Assembly: GCA_944371305.1 (NCBI GenBank)
Contig: CALVXM010000004.1
Location: forward strand, 1 to 59,136
Reading direction: 5' to 3'
DNA length: 59,136 nucleotides
Source of the DNA: an uncultured Bacilli bacterium
GTDB taxonomy: Bacteria > Bacillota_I > Bacilli_A > RF39 > UBA660
Part shown: piece by piece, positions 11,653-21,712 of the stretch
How positions within the stretch are numbered: the stretch's first letter is position 1
Layout: each line of letters begins with the position of its first letter
Notes under the pieces: model-generated
The model's input: only the letters and a program-made list of their open reading frames with translations
Told to the model about the DNA's origin: nothing
Databases searched by the model: none
Program-made: the position numbers and the translations under genes

Positions 11653-12651
11653 TTAAACACAAAGCATTCCTAAATTATTTATGACTGTAGTAGCAGAAGA
11701 TTTATTTCCGGCACCAGTTGTGATAGTACAGGTAACAGTATTATCTCCACGCGGTAAGTTACCGACTTCGGTAAATTGTCCATCATCAGTAGAACAAGTA
11801 ACAGAACCGCCACTCAAATTGTCATTATAGTTATTAGTTATCGTAAAATAATTAAGTATTGGCCAATAACCGCAACCTCCGTTTACTGAATAATAGTCAC
11901 CATTAGCTACGATTGTTGGTTGAGTAGTATCAATTTTTGTAACTTGGGAACTTGATGTTATACTCGTACTACCCGCATTATTTACTGCTCTAAAATAGAC
12001 ATAACTCGTTCCAGGAGTATTCACATCTATGCTTGTCACTCCACTTCCTAAATCATTCCAACTACCACCTGTTTGAGTAGTGCTTGAGGTACTTATATAA
12101 TATTGATAATTCTTTATTCCACTCGTACTTGTCGATTCTGTAGATACTCTTATCGTTTTAGTAGAATTGCTCCACGAAGTACTTCCACCGGTTAATATCG
12201 GTGTAGTTGGAACAGTCTTATCTAATTTAATCGTGTAATTTCCACTTGATGAATTTCCAGCTAAATCAGTAGTGGTAATAGTAACAGTTGTACCTGTTGT
12301 ATTTGTAGTTATACTTGATACATTGCTTGTCGTACTAAAATGTCCTGATAAATTATCTGTCCCATTTGCCACATTTACTGTTACATCGCTTATACACCAA
12401 TCATTATTTCCTAATGTTCCTGTAAATGTAGCACTTCCAACTGTTGGTGCTGTCTTATCTAAATTCAAAGTCTCACAAACTTTATCGGTTACTCCTACAT
12501 CATTAATTGCAACTGCACACACAACATTTGTCCCTTCATTTGATATTCCTACTGAATAATTAGACATTTTATCTTCGATATTAGGTTCACAGCTGGCATC
12601 AGATAAACAATATTTAATACTATTTCCTGTACCGACTATATTAACTAACAT
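11653..12651 (-). CDS. Thr/Ser-rich Ig-like repeat surface protein; C-terminal part of the split prepilin-type gene
   Basis: DKTAPT/DKTVPT/DTTQPT Ig-like repeat boundaries; in frame with 12724-13083 across a single TAG; no RBS before 12651. Confidence 0.7.
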   Translation of the reverse strand: MLVNIVGTGNSIKYCLSDASCEPNIEDKMSNYSVGISNEGTNVVCAVAINDVGVTDKVCETLNLDKTAPTVGSATFTGTLGNNDWCISDVTVNVANGTDNLSGHFSTTSNVSSITTNTTGTTVTITTTDLAGNSSSGNYTIKLDKTVPTTPILTGGSTSWSNSTKTIRVSTESTSTSGIKNYQYYISTSSTTQTGGSWNDLGSGVTSIDVNTPGTSYVYFRAVNNAGSTSITSSSQVTKIDTTQPTIVANGDYYSVNGGCGYWPILNYFTITNNYNDNLSGGSVTCSTDDGQFTEVGNLPRGDNTVTCTITTGAGNKSSATTVINNLGMLCV

Positions 12652-12723
12652 ATTAGATTTAAGCCAACCATTAGTTAATAAACTTTTATCATAAGTTATT
12701 GCTATACTAGGTGGAATTATAGG

Positions 12724-13083
12724 CTAACTACATTCTTCATCATATTGAAAATTATATTGTTTTGAATTATCATCATAATAATACCAAATGCACCCACTCA
12801 TTTTCTCATCAGTTACTGGATTTACTAAATCTTTTTCGATAAAGCCAGCATTTTTTAACTCTTCAAGAGTTAAAGATGATGGTGCATCTATACTTGGATA
12901 ACCAATATCATTATTAACACTATACTCATACGATGCTTGTCTAATTGCATCAATTGTCCTTTGTAAAGCTTCTTCTTTACTCTTTTTAATCGAACTATTA
13001 ACGACGGGAAAAGTTATTAAAGCTATTATTCCTAGTATTATTATTACCGCTAATAATTCGATTAATGTAAATCCTTTTTTCAT
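12724..13083 (-). CDS. Prepilin-type N-terminal cleavage/methylation domain protein (N-terminal part)
   Basis: MKKG/FTLIELLAVIIILGIIALI class III signal peptide. Confidence 0.9.
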   Translation of the reverse strand: MKKGFTLIELLAVIIILGIIALITFPVVNSSIKKSKEEALQRTIDAIRQASYEYSVNNDIGYPSIDAPSSLTLEELKNAGFIEKDLVNPVTDEKMSGCIWYYYDDNSKQYNFQYDEECS

Positions 13084-13127
13084 ATCAATTACCTAACCTT
13101 TACTATATATATTTATCATACATTCTA

Positions 13128-13156
13128 ATTTTAACTTATGTTAACCTATAAGTCAA
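13128..13156 (-). promoter_or_regulatory. sigmaA-type promoter for the prepilin-type gene
   Basis: TTGACT-17 nt-TAAAAT. Confidence 0.6.
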
Positions 13157-13388
13157 TTATCTTTTTTAATAATATCTAACATTTTTAATGTGAGGTATTT
13201 CTTTTATTTTTAAATTAAGCAAATAATATTTTAATCTATAAAGAGTTAAGCCCCCCCTATGTGTGCTATTGGCTAATTTGGGTGTTACCTTATTTCCTAA
13301 CATCTAACTACATCTACTTTCTTATATTCATTATATAATAATTAATAGGTAAAAACAATATTTTATTAAACAAAAAACAAATAGATTA

Positions 13389-15677
13389 TTATCTACTTGT
13401 TATTCCTTCAATTGTTTTGATATTCACACTTTTTTTATTGGCGATTATTTTATCAACAATGATACTTTCCAATTTATTTTTAATGATTTTATCGATTTTT
13501 CTTGCACCAAATTCTTGATAATTACTCAAATTTAATATTTCTAAAACAATATTATCATCGATTTTAACTTTAATTTTTTTATGATATTTTTTAATTAATT
13601 TATCAATTTTAAATTTAATTAATTGCTTTAAATCACTTTCTTTTAGTTGATTAAAACTAATTATATTATCAATACGATTAATAAAAGGTATACTAAAATA
13701 TTCTTTTAATTTACTAAGAGAATTAATGTTTTTATTAAAACCAACATTAATTTCATCAAAACCAATATTAGAAGTCATGATAATAGTTACGTTATTAAAA
13801 TAAACATCGACACCTTTAGAATCTTTTATTTTACCATTATCTAATATTTGAAATAATAAATTAATAATACTAGGATTAGCTCTTTCAATTTCATCTAAAA
13901 TCAAAACAGAAAATGGTTTATTTCTAACTTCCTCTAATATTGTCTTATTATCGTTATATCCTACATATCCTGGAGGAGCACCGACAAATTTACTGACACT
14001 ATGAGCTTCGCTATATTCACTCATATCTAGACGTATAACATTTTTCCCGGCTAAAATATTACCAAACACTTTAGCCAATTCAGTTTTACCTACACCACTA
14101 GGTCCTACAAATAAAAGTGAGTAACATTTTTCATCTTTAAAACCCAATTTAATTTTTTTAGCAATATTAATGACTTCCGAAACAGCCTGTTCTTGACCGA
14201 TTATTTTATTTGATATTTGTTCTTTCATATTTTTAATTATTAATTCATTTTCTGATAAAATTTCATAAATTGGTATTTTAGTTTTAGAATTAACAACATA
14301 GGCAATATCATCAATTGTTACTTCATTTCTTTTTTTATCACATAAAACCAATTCTAAACTGTTGATTTTATCCATTAATTCAAATTCATTTTTCTTATAA
14401 TTTGAAGCTTTTTTAAAATCACTATTACTAACAGCTTCATTTTTATTTTTGATCAAATTTTGTAACTGTTTATTTAGACGGTTATATTCAGTTAATTCTT
14501 TACTTTCTTTCAAACTAGCTTTCGCACATACTTCATCTAAGATATCGATAGATTTATCAGGCTCATTACGGTCGTAAACATATTTTTCACTTAATTCAAT
14601 TATTTTATCAATAATTGTATCATTAATTATTACATGGTGATAATTCTCGTAAATTGGCTTTAATTTAGTTAATATTTTTTTAACTACTTCTTTATTTGGT
14701 ACTTCAACATTGACAACTTGAAATCTCCGTTCTAAAGCTTTATCAGTTTCAATAAATTTTTTATATTCTAAAGTTGTAGTGGCACCAATGCATCTTAATT
14801 TATTTCTCGCTAGGGCTGGCTTAAATATATTAGAAGCATCGATTGCTCCTTCAGCTCCTCCAGCTCCTACTAATGTATGAATCTCATCAATAAATAAAAT
14901 AATATCATCATCTTCTTCAACTTCCTTTAAAACTTTTTTTACGCGGTCCTCAAACTCACCACGGTATTTAGTTCCAGCCACTAATGTTGCCATATCCAAA
15001 TTTATAATTCGTTTGTTTTTTAAACTAACTGGAACTTCACCATTTGAAATCATACGACTCAATTCTTCAACAATAGCTGTTTTACCAACTCCCGCTTCAC
15101 CAATTAACAATGGATTGTTTTTAGTTCTCCTTGATAATATTTCAATCATTCTTTTAATTTCTTTATCTCTTCCAACAACAGGATCCAAACTACTAGCTTT
15201 ACTAGTTAAATCTGTTCCTAATTCATCAAGCAATAATTTCTTATTTTTTTTCTTTTTAAATATTTTATAACTAAATTCATTATATAATTTATCTAAATCG
15301 ATATCTAAACTAAGTAATATTCTAATAGCTACTCCTTCACCTTCTTCTAAAAGATTAGAAAATAATGCTTCAATAGTAACATCACTATTATTTTCTTTGC
15401 AATCCATCATCGCATTTTCCATTACTCTTTTAAGTAAAGGGGTATATAAAAACCATTCACTTTCTTTACTACCAATTCCTACTGTTTCAATAATTTTATT
15501 TCTAAATTTATCATAATCTAAATTGTATTGTTTTAATTTTTTAGATACATTGTTTTTGTTTTTTAAAATTGCTAACAATAAATGTTCACTTCCCACATAA
15601 GGATGTTTTAATTCTGTCATCTCTACTTTTGCCATTACTAATACTTTTCTTGCTTCTTCTGTAAATTGTCCAAACAT
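13389..15677 (-). CDS. clpC: ATP-dependent Clp protease ATP-binding subunit, ClpC-like
   Basis: Clp N-domain (GSEHLLLAIL), two AAA modules (GEAGVGKT, GPSGVGKT), GAPPGYVGY pore loop, IGF-like loop. Confidence 0.93.
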   Translation of the reverse strand: MFGQFTEEARKVLVMAKVEMTELKHPYVGSEHLLLAILKNKNNVSKKLKQYNLDYDKFRNKIIETVGIGSKESEWFLYTPLLKRVMENAMMDCKENNSDVTIEALFSNLLEEGEGVAIRILLSLDIDLDKLYNEFSYKIFKKKKNKKLLLDELGTDLTSKASSLDPVVGRDKEIKRMIEILSRRTKNNPLLIGEAGVGKTAIVEELSRMISNGEVPVSLKNKRIINLDMATLVAGTKYRGEFEDRVKKVLKEVEEDDDIILFIDEIHTLVGAGGAEGAIDASNIFKPALARNKLRCIGATTTLEYKKFIETDKALERRFQVVNVEVPNKEVVKKILTKLKPIYENYHHVIINDTIIDKIIELSEKYVYDRNEPDKSIDILDEVCAKASLKESKELTEYNRLNKQLQNLIKNKNEAVSNSDFKKASNYKKNEFELMDKINSLELVLCDKKRNEVTIDDIAYVVNSKTKIPIYEILSENELIIKNMKEQISNKIIGQEQAVSEVINIAKKIKLGFKDEKCYSLLFVGPSGVGKTELAKVFGNILAGKNVIRLDMSEYSEAHSVSKFVGAPPGYVGYNDNKTILEEVRNKPFSVLILDEIERANPSIINLLFQILDNGKIKDSKGVDVYFNNVTIIMTSNIGFDEINVGFNKNINSLSKLKEYFSIPFINRIDNIISFNQLKESDLKQLIKFKIDKLIKKYHKKIKVKIDDNIVLEILNLSNYQEFGARKIDKIIKNKLESIIVDKIIANKKSVNIKTIEGITSR

Positions 15678-15737
15678 AATTTCCCTCCTAATATTATTCT
15701 ATGATAATATTGAGATATTTTAATGTTTTTTATACAA

Positions 15738-15764
15738 CAAAAAAACACAAATTAATTGTGTTTT
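15738..15764 (-). terminator. Intrinsic terminator after the pilin-like gene
   Basis: AAAACACAA-TTAAT-TTGTGTTTT followed by a T run on the minus strand. Confidence 0.7.
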
Positions 15765-15770
15765 ATAAAA

Positions 15771-17483
15771 TTAGCTTAGCTCATAAGGTGATTGCGCAGT
15801 TCCTTTACCACCAGTAAAAGTTAAATTATTCTTTAAAAATATAACTGGGCGGACTCCATTAACATATGGTGGAGCATCAAAATTTAATTCTCCAGATTCT
15901 TTAATAAAGCGAATCCCTACATCACCATCTTTAGCAATAGTCCAACATGAATTAGAAGAAGATGCATTTTCGATTGTATTAATATCGACAAATGTTTTAA
16001 CATTTGAAGTTGACAAATCAATATCATTGCCACTAAACATTTCACCAACTGTTATCAACCCTATATTACTAGAAAAAGTAGCATTTTTAACGGTTTCATA
16101 ATTTTGACCTTGTGATGGAGAAAACGAATATCCTCCAACATAAAAATTTTTATTACCAATATATCGATAATTATTTGAAATACCAGTTGCAAAGGAATTC
16201 ACCTTTGTATATATAGGATGAGTTGTAGTAATCTCATTATTAGGACCAAATTGACTCCCATCTGGTAATGTCCCATTTAACACAATCTTTACACTATCAT
16301 TATCTTTACCTATTATTCTAAATGTACATTTATTATCAGTTCCACATGCATTATCACTACCACTATATGGGACATTAACATATTCGCCAATTTGAGATTC
16401 CGAAATGTTTGTTGCTTTATCACCAATCTCATAATTAGATTCTAATGTACCAGTTCCTCCAGCAATAATCATATCGGGAATCTTGATAACTGCACGAACA
16501 CCAAAAGCAAAAGAAGGATAATAATTACTACCATATCCACCATTATCCATAACAAATTCGATAAAAATTTCGTCATCTCTATTTCCAAGCCAAAAACTAT
16601 CTTTAATATCTAAATATGAATCTGTTTTTCCAGCTCGTTTATACTGATCATAATCTAATAATCCCACTTTTTGTATTGTGGTTATTTCATCAACATTATT
16701 CCAAATTCCAACATTAAATGTATTACTTATTATATTATTTTTAACATTATCAGCTAAACTATTATAGAAATATTTATTTAACCAATTATTGATATAACTT
16801 GCTTCATATTCTTCTTGTGTTTGCCAAACATTTAAACTTGGTTGAATACTAGTTAGGGGTTGTTGAGATATCAATAACATTGTATTAGCACTTGTATCTA
16901 TTTCCATTACTCGCCAATGATGTCCTCCATACCATAAATGGTTATTTGTTACAACATCATTTCCACCTTCATAATAATATATATTACTATTTGTTTCATC
17001 TTGCACTAATCCTTTGGTTCCAACTTGTTCTAATAATGTTGATATTAAACTTTTTCCTTCTGGTGTTGGGTCAACTGGATCTTCTGGTGTAGTAGTCTCA
17101 CCATTAACACTAAAACTGCCATCTGGTTGTAATTCTATTTCATAATTATTACTCTTTACTTTTAATTTTGTTACTTTACCATTACTGTATTCTACTTCTA
17201 AGATTTCGGCATTTCCTAAACTTACCATTTGACTGACATCAGCAATAGTTACGCCATCTGTATCATTGCAGATATCTATACTTCCATCTAATTGATTCTT
17301 CATTTCTGATGTCGCACAATAGTTATTAATGCCACTTAATATCATACTCGCTTCTGACTTGCCGGCACTCTTTCTTGCATCTTCAATCACATTTAATATT
17401 ATTGGGGTTGCTATTAATGCGATAATAGCTAGTATAATTATTACTGCTAATAATTCTATTAACGTAAACCCTTTTCTTTTCAT
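15771..17483 (-). CDS. Prepilin-type protein with two DUF6273-like extracellular domains
   Basis: MKRKG/FTLIELLAVIII signal (start 17483 behind GAGGAG); repeated WRVMEI/FRIIG...VGLL/IGLI...GVRAV/GVRPV architecture. Confidence 0.85.
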   Translation of the reverse strand: MKRKGFTLIELLAVIIILAIIALIATPIILNVIEDARKSAGKSEASMILSGINNYCATSEMKNQLDGSIDICNDTDGVTIADVSQMVSLGNAEILEVEYSNGKVTKLKVKSNNYEIELQPDGSFSVNGETTTPEDPVDPTPEGKSLISTLLEQVGTKGLVQDETNSNIYYYEGGNDVVTNNHLWYGGHHWRVMEIDTSANTMLLISQQPLTSIQPSLNVWQTQEEYEASYINNWLNKYFYNSLADNVKNNIISNTFNVGIWNNVDEITTIQKVGLLDYDQYKRAGKTDSYLDIKDSFWLGNRDDEIFIEFVMDNGGYGSNYYPSFAFGVRAVIKIPDMIIAGGTGTLESNYEIGDKATNISESQIGEYVNVPYSGSDNACGTDNKCTFRIIGKDNDSVKIVLNGTLPDGSQFGPNNEITTTHPIYTKVNSFATGISNNYRYIGNKNFYVGGYSFSPSQGQNYETVKNATFSSNIGLITVGEMFSGNDIDLSTSNVKTFVDINTIENASSSNSCWTIAKDGDVGIRFIKESGELNFDAPPYVNGVRPVIFLKNNLTFTGGKGTAQSPYELS

Positions 17484-17617
17484 ATACTTTCTCCTCACTT
17501 CTATTATGTCTACTTTTTTATTGTTTACTATATATTTACATTTTAACACATATCAAATTATAGATCAATCATATTTTTAAACTAGCTTAATAAAATTTAA
17601 TTTATTAAAAAAGGAAG

Positions 17618-19813
17618 CTATTCTTTTTCAGAATCTTCCTCTTTTTCCTCATCATCTTTATCAATATTATATTTTTGTTTTAAAGTAATTTTAATTTTAT
17701 CTGTTATGATTTCACCCGGCTTGATACTTTGCGAATCAACATTACCATAACCTTCTATTTCATAATCAACATTAAGTAAATCTAATAAAGTTATTGCTTC
17801 AATTCTCGAATATCCAGTCAAATCAGGCATTTTAATTTCATTATCGTTAGTAAGTAAAAATACTTTGTCGCCACTTACAACTGAAGCATTAGCTTTAGGA
17901 ACTTGTTTGATAATTCTATTACCTTCACCTAAAACAACTACATCTAAGCCTAGTGATTCTAAATCTTTTTTTACAGTTTCTGTATCTTTATTAATATAAT
18001 TTTCTAAATTATAGCCATTTACCTTATCGTCATCATTATTATTACTAATAAATCCTTTATATTTAGCGATTGATTCCATCGCTGATTGTGTCATTTTTTT
18101 AAGACCAATGTTAGAGCCATTGTTAGGTCTTTTTACTGAAGCAAAGACAATTATTTGTGGATCTTCCTTAGGAAACATACCAGAAAAAGAATATAACTTA
18201 TCTAACCATCCGGTTAAATAACCACCGTGTTCATCATCATATATCTCAGCTGTTCCTGTTTTACCAATAACATCAATACCATCAACTCGATAGTCTAAGC
18301 CAATTGCTCCACCCTCTTCGTTGTTAACTGCATTGTACATAAGTTCTTTTATTTGTTCTATTGTATTATGACTAACTATTTGATCAGATTTTTTTACTTC
18401 TCTTTCGTAAGTTACTTCGCCATCTTGGATTATTTTGCTAACTATATTAGGTTTAACCATTACTCCATCATTAGCAATGATACTTAAAGCTTGAAGTTGT
18501 TGAATAGGCGTAGTTGTGATGCCTTGACCATAAGAAGCAGCAGCAATCTCAACAGGATAATTAAATACAATTCGTCCCGTTAATTCCCTTGGTAATTCAA
18601 TTCCTGTTGTTGCTCCAAAGCCATATTTAGTTAAACAACTCTGTAAATCTTCTTTAGTTAACATACTCTGCATCATATTAACAGTAGCTACGTTACTTGA
18701 TAATTCAAAACCATGATTGTAAGTAATTTTACCCCATCCATAAGTATTCCAATCATAAATCTTAGTTCCTTCAATTTCAATATGACCAGATTGATAAGTA
18801 TCATCGCCTTTATATGTTCCTTTTTCAATAGCACACATATAAGTAAATATTTTCATAACACTACCAGGTTCATAAACAAAGGAAGTTAAAGGATTTTCAT
18901 AATTAGTTAAATTTAATTGATTAGGATCAAAAGATGGCGTCGAAGCTGAACCTAAAATATCTCCTGTCTTAGCATCCATGACACTAATGGTAATCCATTC
19001 CGGATCGTAAAGTTCAACATTCTCATCGACAACTGACTCTAGTATTCTTTGAATGTTAGAGTCGATAGTTAAATATATATCACTACCATCAACAGCTGGA
19101 ATATTTTCTTCTGGTGTATCAGGTATCTTATAACCAAAGCGATCTTGTTGGTAACTAATATAACCATTTTCCCCTTTTAATATTTCATCATATCCAACTT
19201 CAATTCCTAATTCACCAACGATAATTTCTTCCATTTTAGAAATATTATCAACGTAGATTTCAACCTCTTTTTTCTTAGCATATCCGACAATATAAGAAGC
19301 AAAATCACCATTTGGATAATATCTTTTATAGCTTTCGATAAAATCGATTCCTGGTAAATTTAAATCTTCAATTTGTTTTTTCAATATTTCCGTAATTCCT
19401 CTACCACCAGGTCCTAATTCAACTTGATAAGCATCTCGATTCAATAACTCTAATATATCAGCTTCTTCCATATTTAGTAAAGGCGCTAAAGCTTTAGCAG
19501 TGCCTTCTTTATCAGCCACATGATATAAGGTATCAGAAGAACCAGTGCGATTTTCATCTAAATAGGCTATTACTGTATAACTTGAAACATCAGTTGCTAA
19601 AACATCACCAGAATTATCATAAATAGTACCCCTTTTTGCATATAAAGTGGATGAATATGTATTACGATTAGAAGCAAATTCCTGCATATTAATACCATAA
19701 ACATTAGGAGAAAGAGATAAATAAAGATACTGGACAAATAAAATCAAAATAAAAACAAGAAATATGCTAAATACAATCATCGGAGCCTTCCATTTCATAT
19801 TTCTTGTCTTCAT
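17618..19813 (-). CDS. pbpB: Class B penicillin-binding protein (PBP2B/FtsI-like) with PASTA domains
   Basis: AKRGTIYD, KRYYPNG, SXXK (SVMK), SXN (SSN), KTG triad, two C-terminal PASTA-like repeats; follows ftsL; start refined to 19813. Confidence 0.9.
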   Translation of the reverse strand: MKTRNMKWKAPMIVFSIFLVFILILFVQYLYLSLSPNVYGINMQEFASNRNTYSSTLYAKRGTIYDNSGDVLATDVSSYTVIAYLDENRTGSSDTLYHVADKEGTAKALAPLLNMEEADILELLNRDAYQVELGPGGRGITEILKKQIEDLNLPGIDFIESYKRYYPNGDFASYIVGYAKKKEVEIYVDNISKMEEIIVGELGIEVGYDEILKGENGYISYQQDRFGYKIPDTPEENIPAVDGSDIYLTIDSNIQRILESVVDENVELYDPEWITISVMDAKTGDILGSASTPSFDPNQLNLTNYENPLTSFVYEPGSVMKIFTYMCAIEKGTYKGDDTYQSGHIEIEGTKIYDWNTYGWGKITYNHGFELSSNVATVNMMQSMLTKEDLQSCLTKYGFGATTGIELPRELTGRIVFNYPVEIAAASYGQGITTTPIQQLQALSIIANDGVMVKPNIVSKIIQDGEVTYEREVKKSDQIVSHNTIEQIKELMYNAVNNEEGGAIGLDYRVDGIDVIGKTGTAEIYDDEHGGYLTGWLDKLYSFSGMFPKEDPQIIVFASVKRPNNGSNIGLKKMTQSAMESIAKYKGFISNNNDDDKVNGYNLENYINKDTETVKKDLESLGLDVVVLGEGNRIIKQVPKANASVVSGDKVFLLTNDNEIKMPDLTGYSRIEAITLLDLLNVDYEIEGYGNVDSQSIKPGEIITDKIKITLKQKYNIDKDDEEKEEDSEKE

Positions 19814-19823
19814 TATTTTCACC

Positions 19824-20111
19824 TTACCTATCAATAACAACTATATTATCATTATTATACGCCAAACCTAATTCTTTGACAACCTTTGAAACGTTATCAA
19901 ATGAAGTTAATTCATTAACTTGCATCGATAGACTTTCAACCGTTTTCTCTTCGGTTGATATTTGATATCTAATTTTCTCATTACTCATTTTATAATTACC
20001 GATGCTAGCACCCATAAAAATCTTAACAACTATTGCTAGTGCAAAACACAAAACACCACTAAAATACAATAATTTTTCTCCTTTAGTTAAACCTTTTTTC
20101 TTTCTTGCCAT
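19824..20111 (-). CDS. ftsL: Cell division protein FtsL-like
   Basis: Basic N-terminus, one TM helix, coiled coil; position between rsmH and pbp. Confidence 0.8.
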   Translation of the reverse strand: MARKKKGLTKGEKLLYFSGVLCFALAIVVKIFMGASIGNYKMSNEKIRYQISTEEKTVESLSMQVNELTSFDNVSKVVKELGLAYNNDNIVVIDR

Positions 20112-20112
20112 A

Positions 20113-21018
20113 TTATCTTATCCTTTCAATTACTCTTAGTTTTGCACTTCTTGCGCGTTTATTATTTTCTAATTCTTCGCCCTTCGGACTAATATTTTCA
20201 ACAATCTTAAATTTTGGTTGATATTCCAAAGGTATAATTGGTAAATTTTTTAAATTATCATCAATTTTACTTACCTCATTAAAAATTCGTTTACAAATTC
20301 GATCTTCTAGGGAATGAAATGTTATAACAGCAATTCTTCCACCTATACTAATCAAGTCTAAAGCTTGATATAAACTTTTTTCAAATACATTTAATTCATC
20401 ATTAACTTCAATTCTAATAGCTTGAAAAACTTTCCTAGCGGGATGTTTTTCATTTCGATAACTAAATGGTACATTTTCTTTTATAACTTCAGCTAATTCT
20501 AAAGTAGTAGTTATCGGCCTATTTCTAATAATTCCTTTTGCAATTGAAGAAGCATATTTTTCTTCGCCATATCGATAAAAAATATCAGCTAGCTTTTTTT
20601 CATCATAACTATTAACAACATAATAAGCATCTAACTCTTGATCCTGATTCATTCGCATATCCAATCTCGAATCTTGATGAAAACTAAAACCACGTTCTTT
20701 TTCATCTAATTGCGGACTAGATACTCCTAAATCATAAATAATTCGATCGACTTTATTAACGCCTAATTTTTTCAATTCATCTTTTAAATTGACAAAATTG
20801 CTATTGATAATTTGATAATTATTAAATTTTTCTAACCTTTTTGAAGCACTAGCAATTGCTTCTTTATCTTGATCAAAAGCATATAAATATCCATTTGGTA
20901 TTTTTTCTAAAATCGCACTACTATGTCCAGCATAACCTAAAGTACAATCGACAACCACACTGTTATCTTTTAAATTCAAACTATCGATACTTTCTTTTAA
21001 TAAAACACTTATATGCAT
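20113..21018 (-). CDS. rsmH: 16S rRNA m4C1402 methyltransferase
   Basis: MHISVLLKE, DCTLGYAGHS, DLGVSSPQLD, FQAIRIEVN, RARSAKLR; start refined to 21018. Confidence 0.98.
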   Translation of the reverse strand: MHISVLLKESIDSLNLKDNSVVVDCTLGYAGHSSAILEKIPNGYLYAFDQDKEAIASASKRLEKFNNYQIINSNFVNLKDELKKLGVNKVDRIIYDLGVSSPQLDEKERGFSFHQDSRLDMRMNQDQELDAYYVVNSYDEKKLADIFYRYGEEKYASSIAKGIIRNRPITTTLELAEVIKENVPFSYRNEKHPARKVFQAIRIEVNDELNVFEKSLYQALDLISIGGRIAVITFHSLEDRICKRIFNEVSKIDDNLKNLPIIPLEYQPKFKIVENISPKGEELENNKRARSAKLRVIERIR

Positions 21019-21028
21019 AACTTCCCCT

Positions 21029-21457
21029 TTAAATATTAACAGTAAATAAACTATCAGCAATATCTGAAATTGAATTTTCATTCAAAACTAAAAATTCTTC
21101 CCAACGTTCTTTACTCCAAATTTCTAATCTTTCATTCACACCGATAATAATACAATCTTTTTTTAAATCAGCATACTTAATTAGTGGTCCTGAAATATTT
21201 AATCTTCCTTGTTTATCAAATTCACATACAGTCGCACCTGATAAGAAAAATCTTAAATAATTCCTCGCATCTTTTGTGTTAGGTAATTCTTTATATTTTT
21301 TCGTTATATTATTCCATTCTTCTTTCGGATAGATAAATAAACAGCCATCTAACCCTTTAGTCACGATAAATTGTTCACCTAATTCATAACGTAATTTTGA
21401 AGGAATAATAATTCTTCCTTTATCATCAATCGTATGGTGATACTCACCCATAAACAT
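21029..21457 (-). CDS. mraZ: Division/cell wall cluster repressor MraZ
   Basis: MFMGEYHHTIDDKGRIIIP, DKQGR, IGVNERLEIW; start at 21457. Confidence 0.98.
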   Translation of the reverse strand: MFMGEYHHTIDDKGRIIIPSKLRYELGEQFIVTKGLDGCLFIYPKEEWNNITKKYKELPNTKDARNYLRFFLSGATVCEFDKQGRLNISGPLIKYADLKKDCIIIGVNERLEIWSKERWEEFLVLNENSISDIADSLFTVNI

Positions 21458-21466
21458 AATAATCAC

Positions 21467-21500
21467 CCACTTTTAACCACTTAGTACCACTATATACCAT
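21467..21500 (-). promoter_or_regulatory. MraZ binding repeats
   Basis: (A/G)TGG-N6 repeated four times with 10-bp period (ATGG, GTGG, GTGG, GTGG) directly upstream of mraZ. Confidence 0.85.
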
Positions 21501-21565
21501 TATTTTACTCCATTAATGATAATTTGTAAAGGTTTTAATTAATATTTTTACATTTTTATCAAATA

Positions 21566-21585
21566 AAAAGAGGAATATTCCTCTT
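21566..21585 (-). terminator. Terminator after the two small TM peptide genes
   Basis: AAGAGG-AATATT-CCTCTT-TTT. Confidence 0.7.
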
Positions 21586-21694
21586 AATAAAGACATGCTC
21601 CTATAATAATAGCAAGTAAAATATATAAAACAATAATAATCAAATAATTAATGTTATTATCTTTGCATGTCTTATTACATGTTTCACAATTCAT
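21584..21694 (-). CDS. YjcZ/SscA-like small membrane peptide (36 aa), not in ORF track
   Basis: MNCETCNKTCKDNNINYLIIIVLYILLAIIIGACLY, RBS AAAGGAG; TM core resembles the Bacillus tiny-TM YjcZ family. Confidence 0.75.
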   Translation of the reverse strand: MNCETCNKTCKDNNINYLIIIVLYILLAIIIGACLY

Positions 21695-21712
21695 ATTAAT
21701 TACTCCTTTGGC

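Noticed and set aside
13166-13303. 45-codon minus-strand ORF (MLGNKVTPK...)
   Set aside because: No RBS and no recognisable similarity; kept only as a candidate RNA region.
15680-15740. CtsR box or sigmaG promoter upstream of clpC
   Set aside because: No GTCAAA tandem repeat; the sigmaG-like match is too degenerate for AT-rich DNA.
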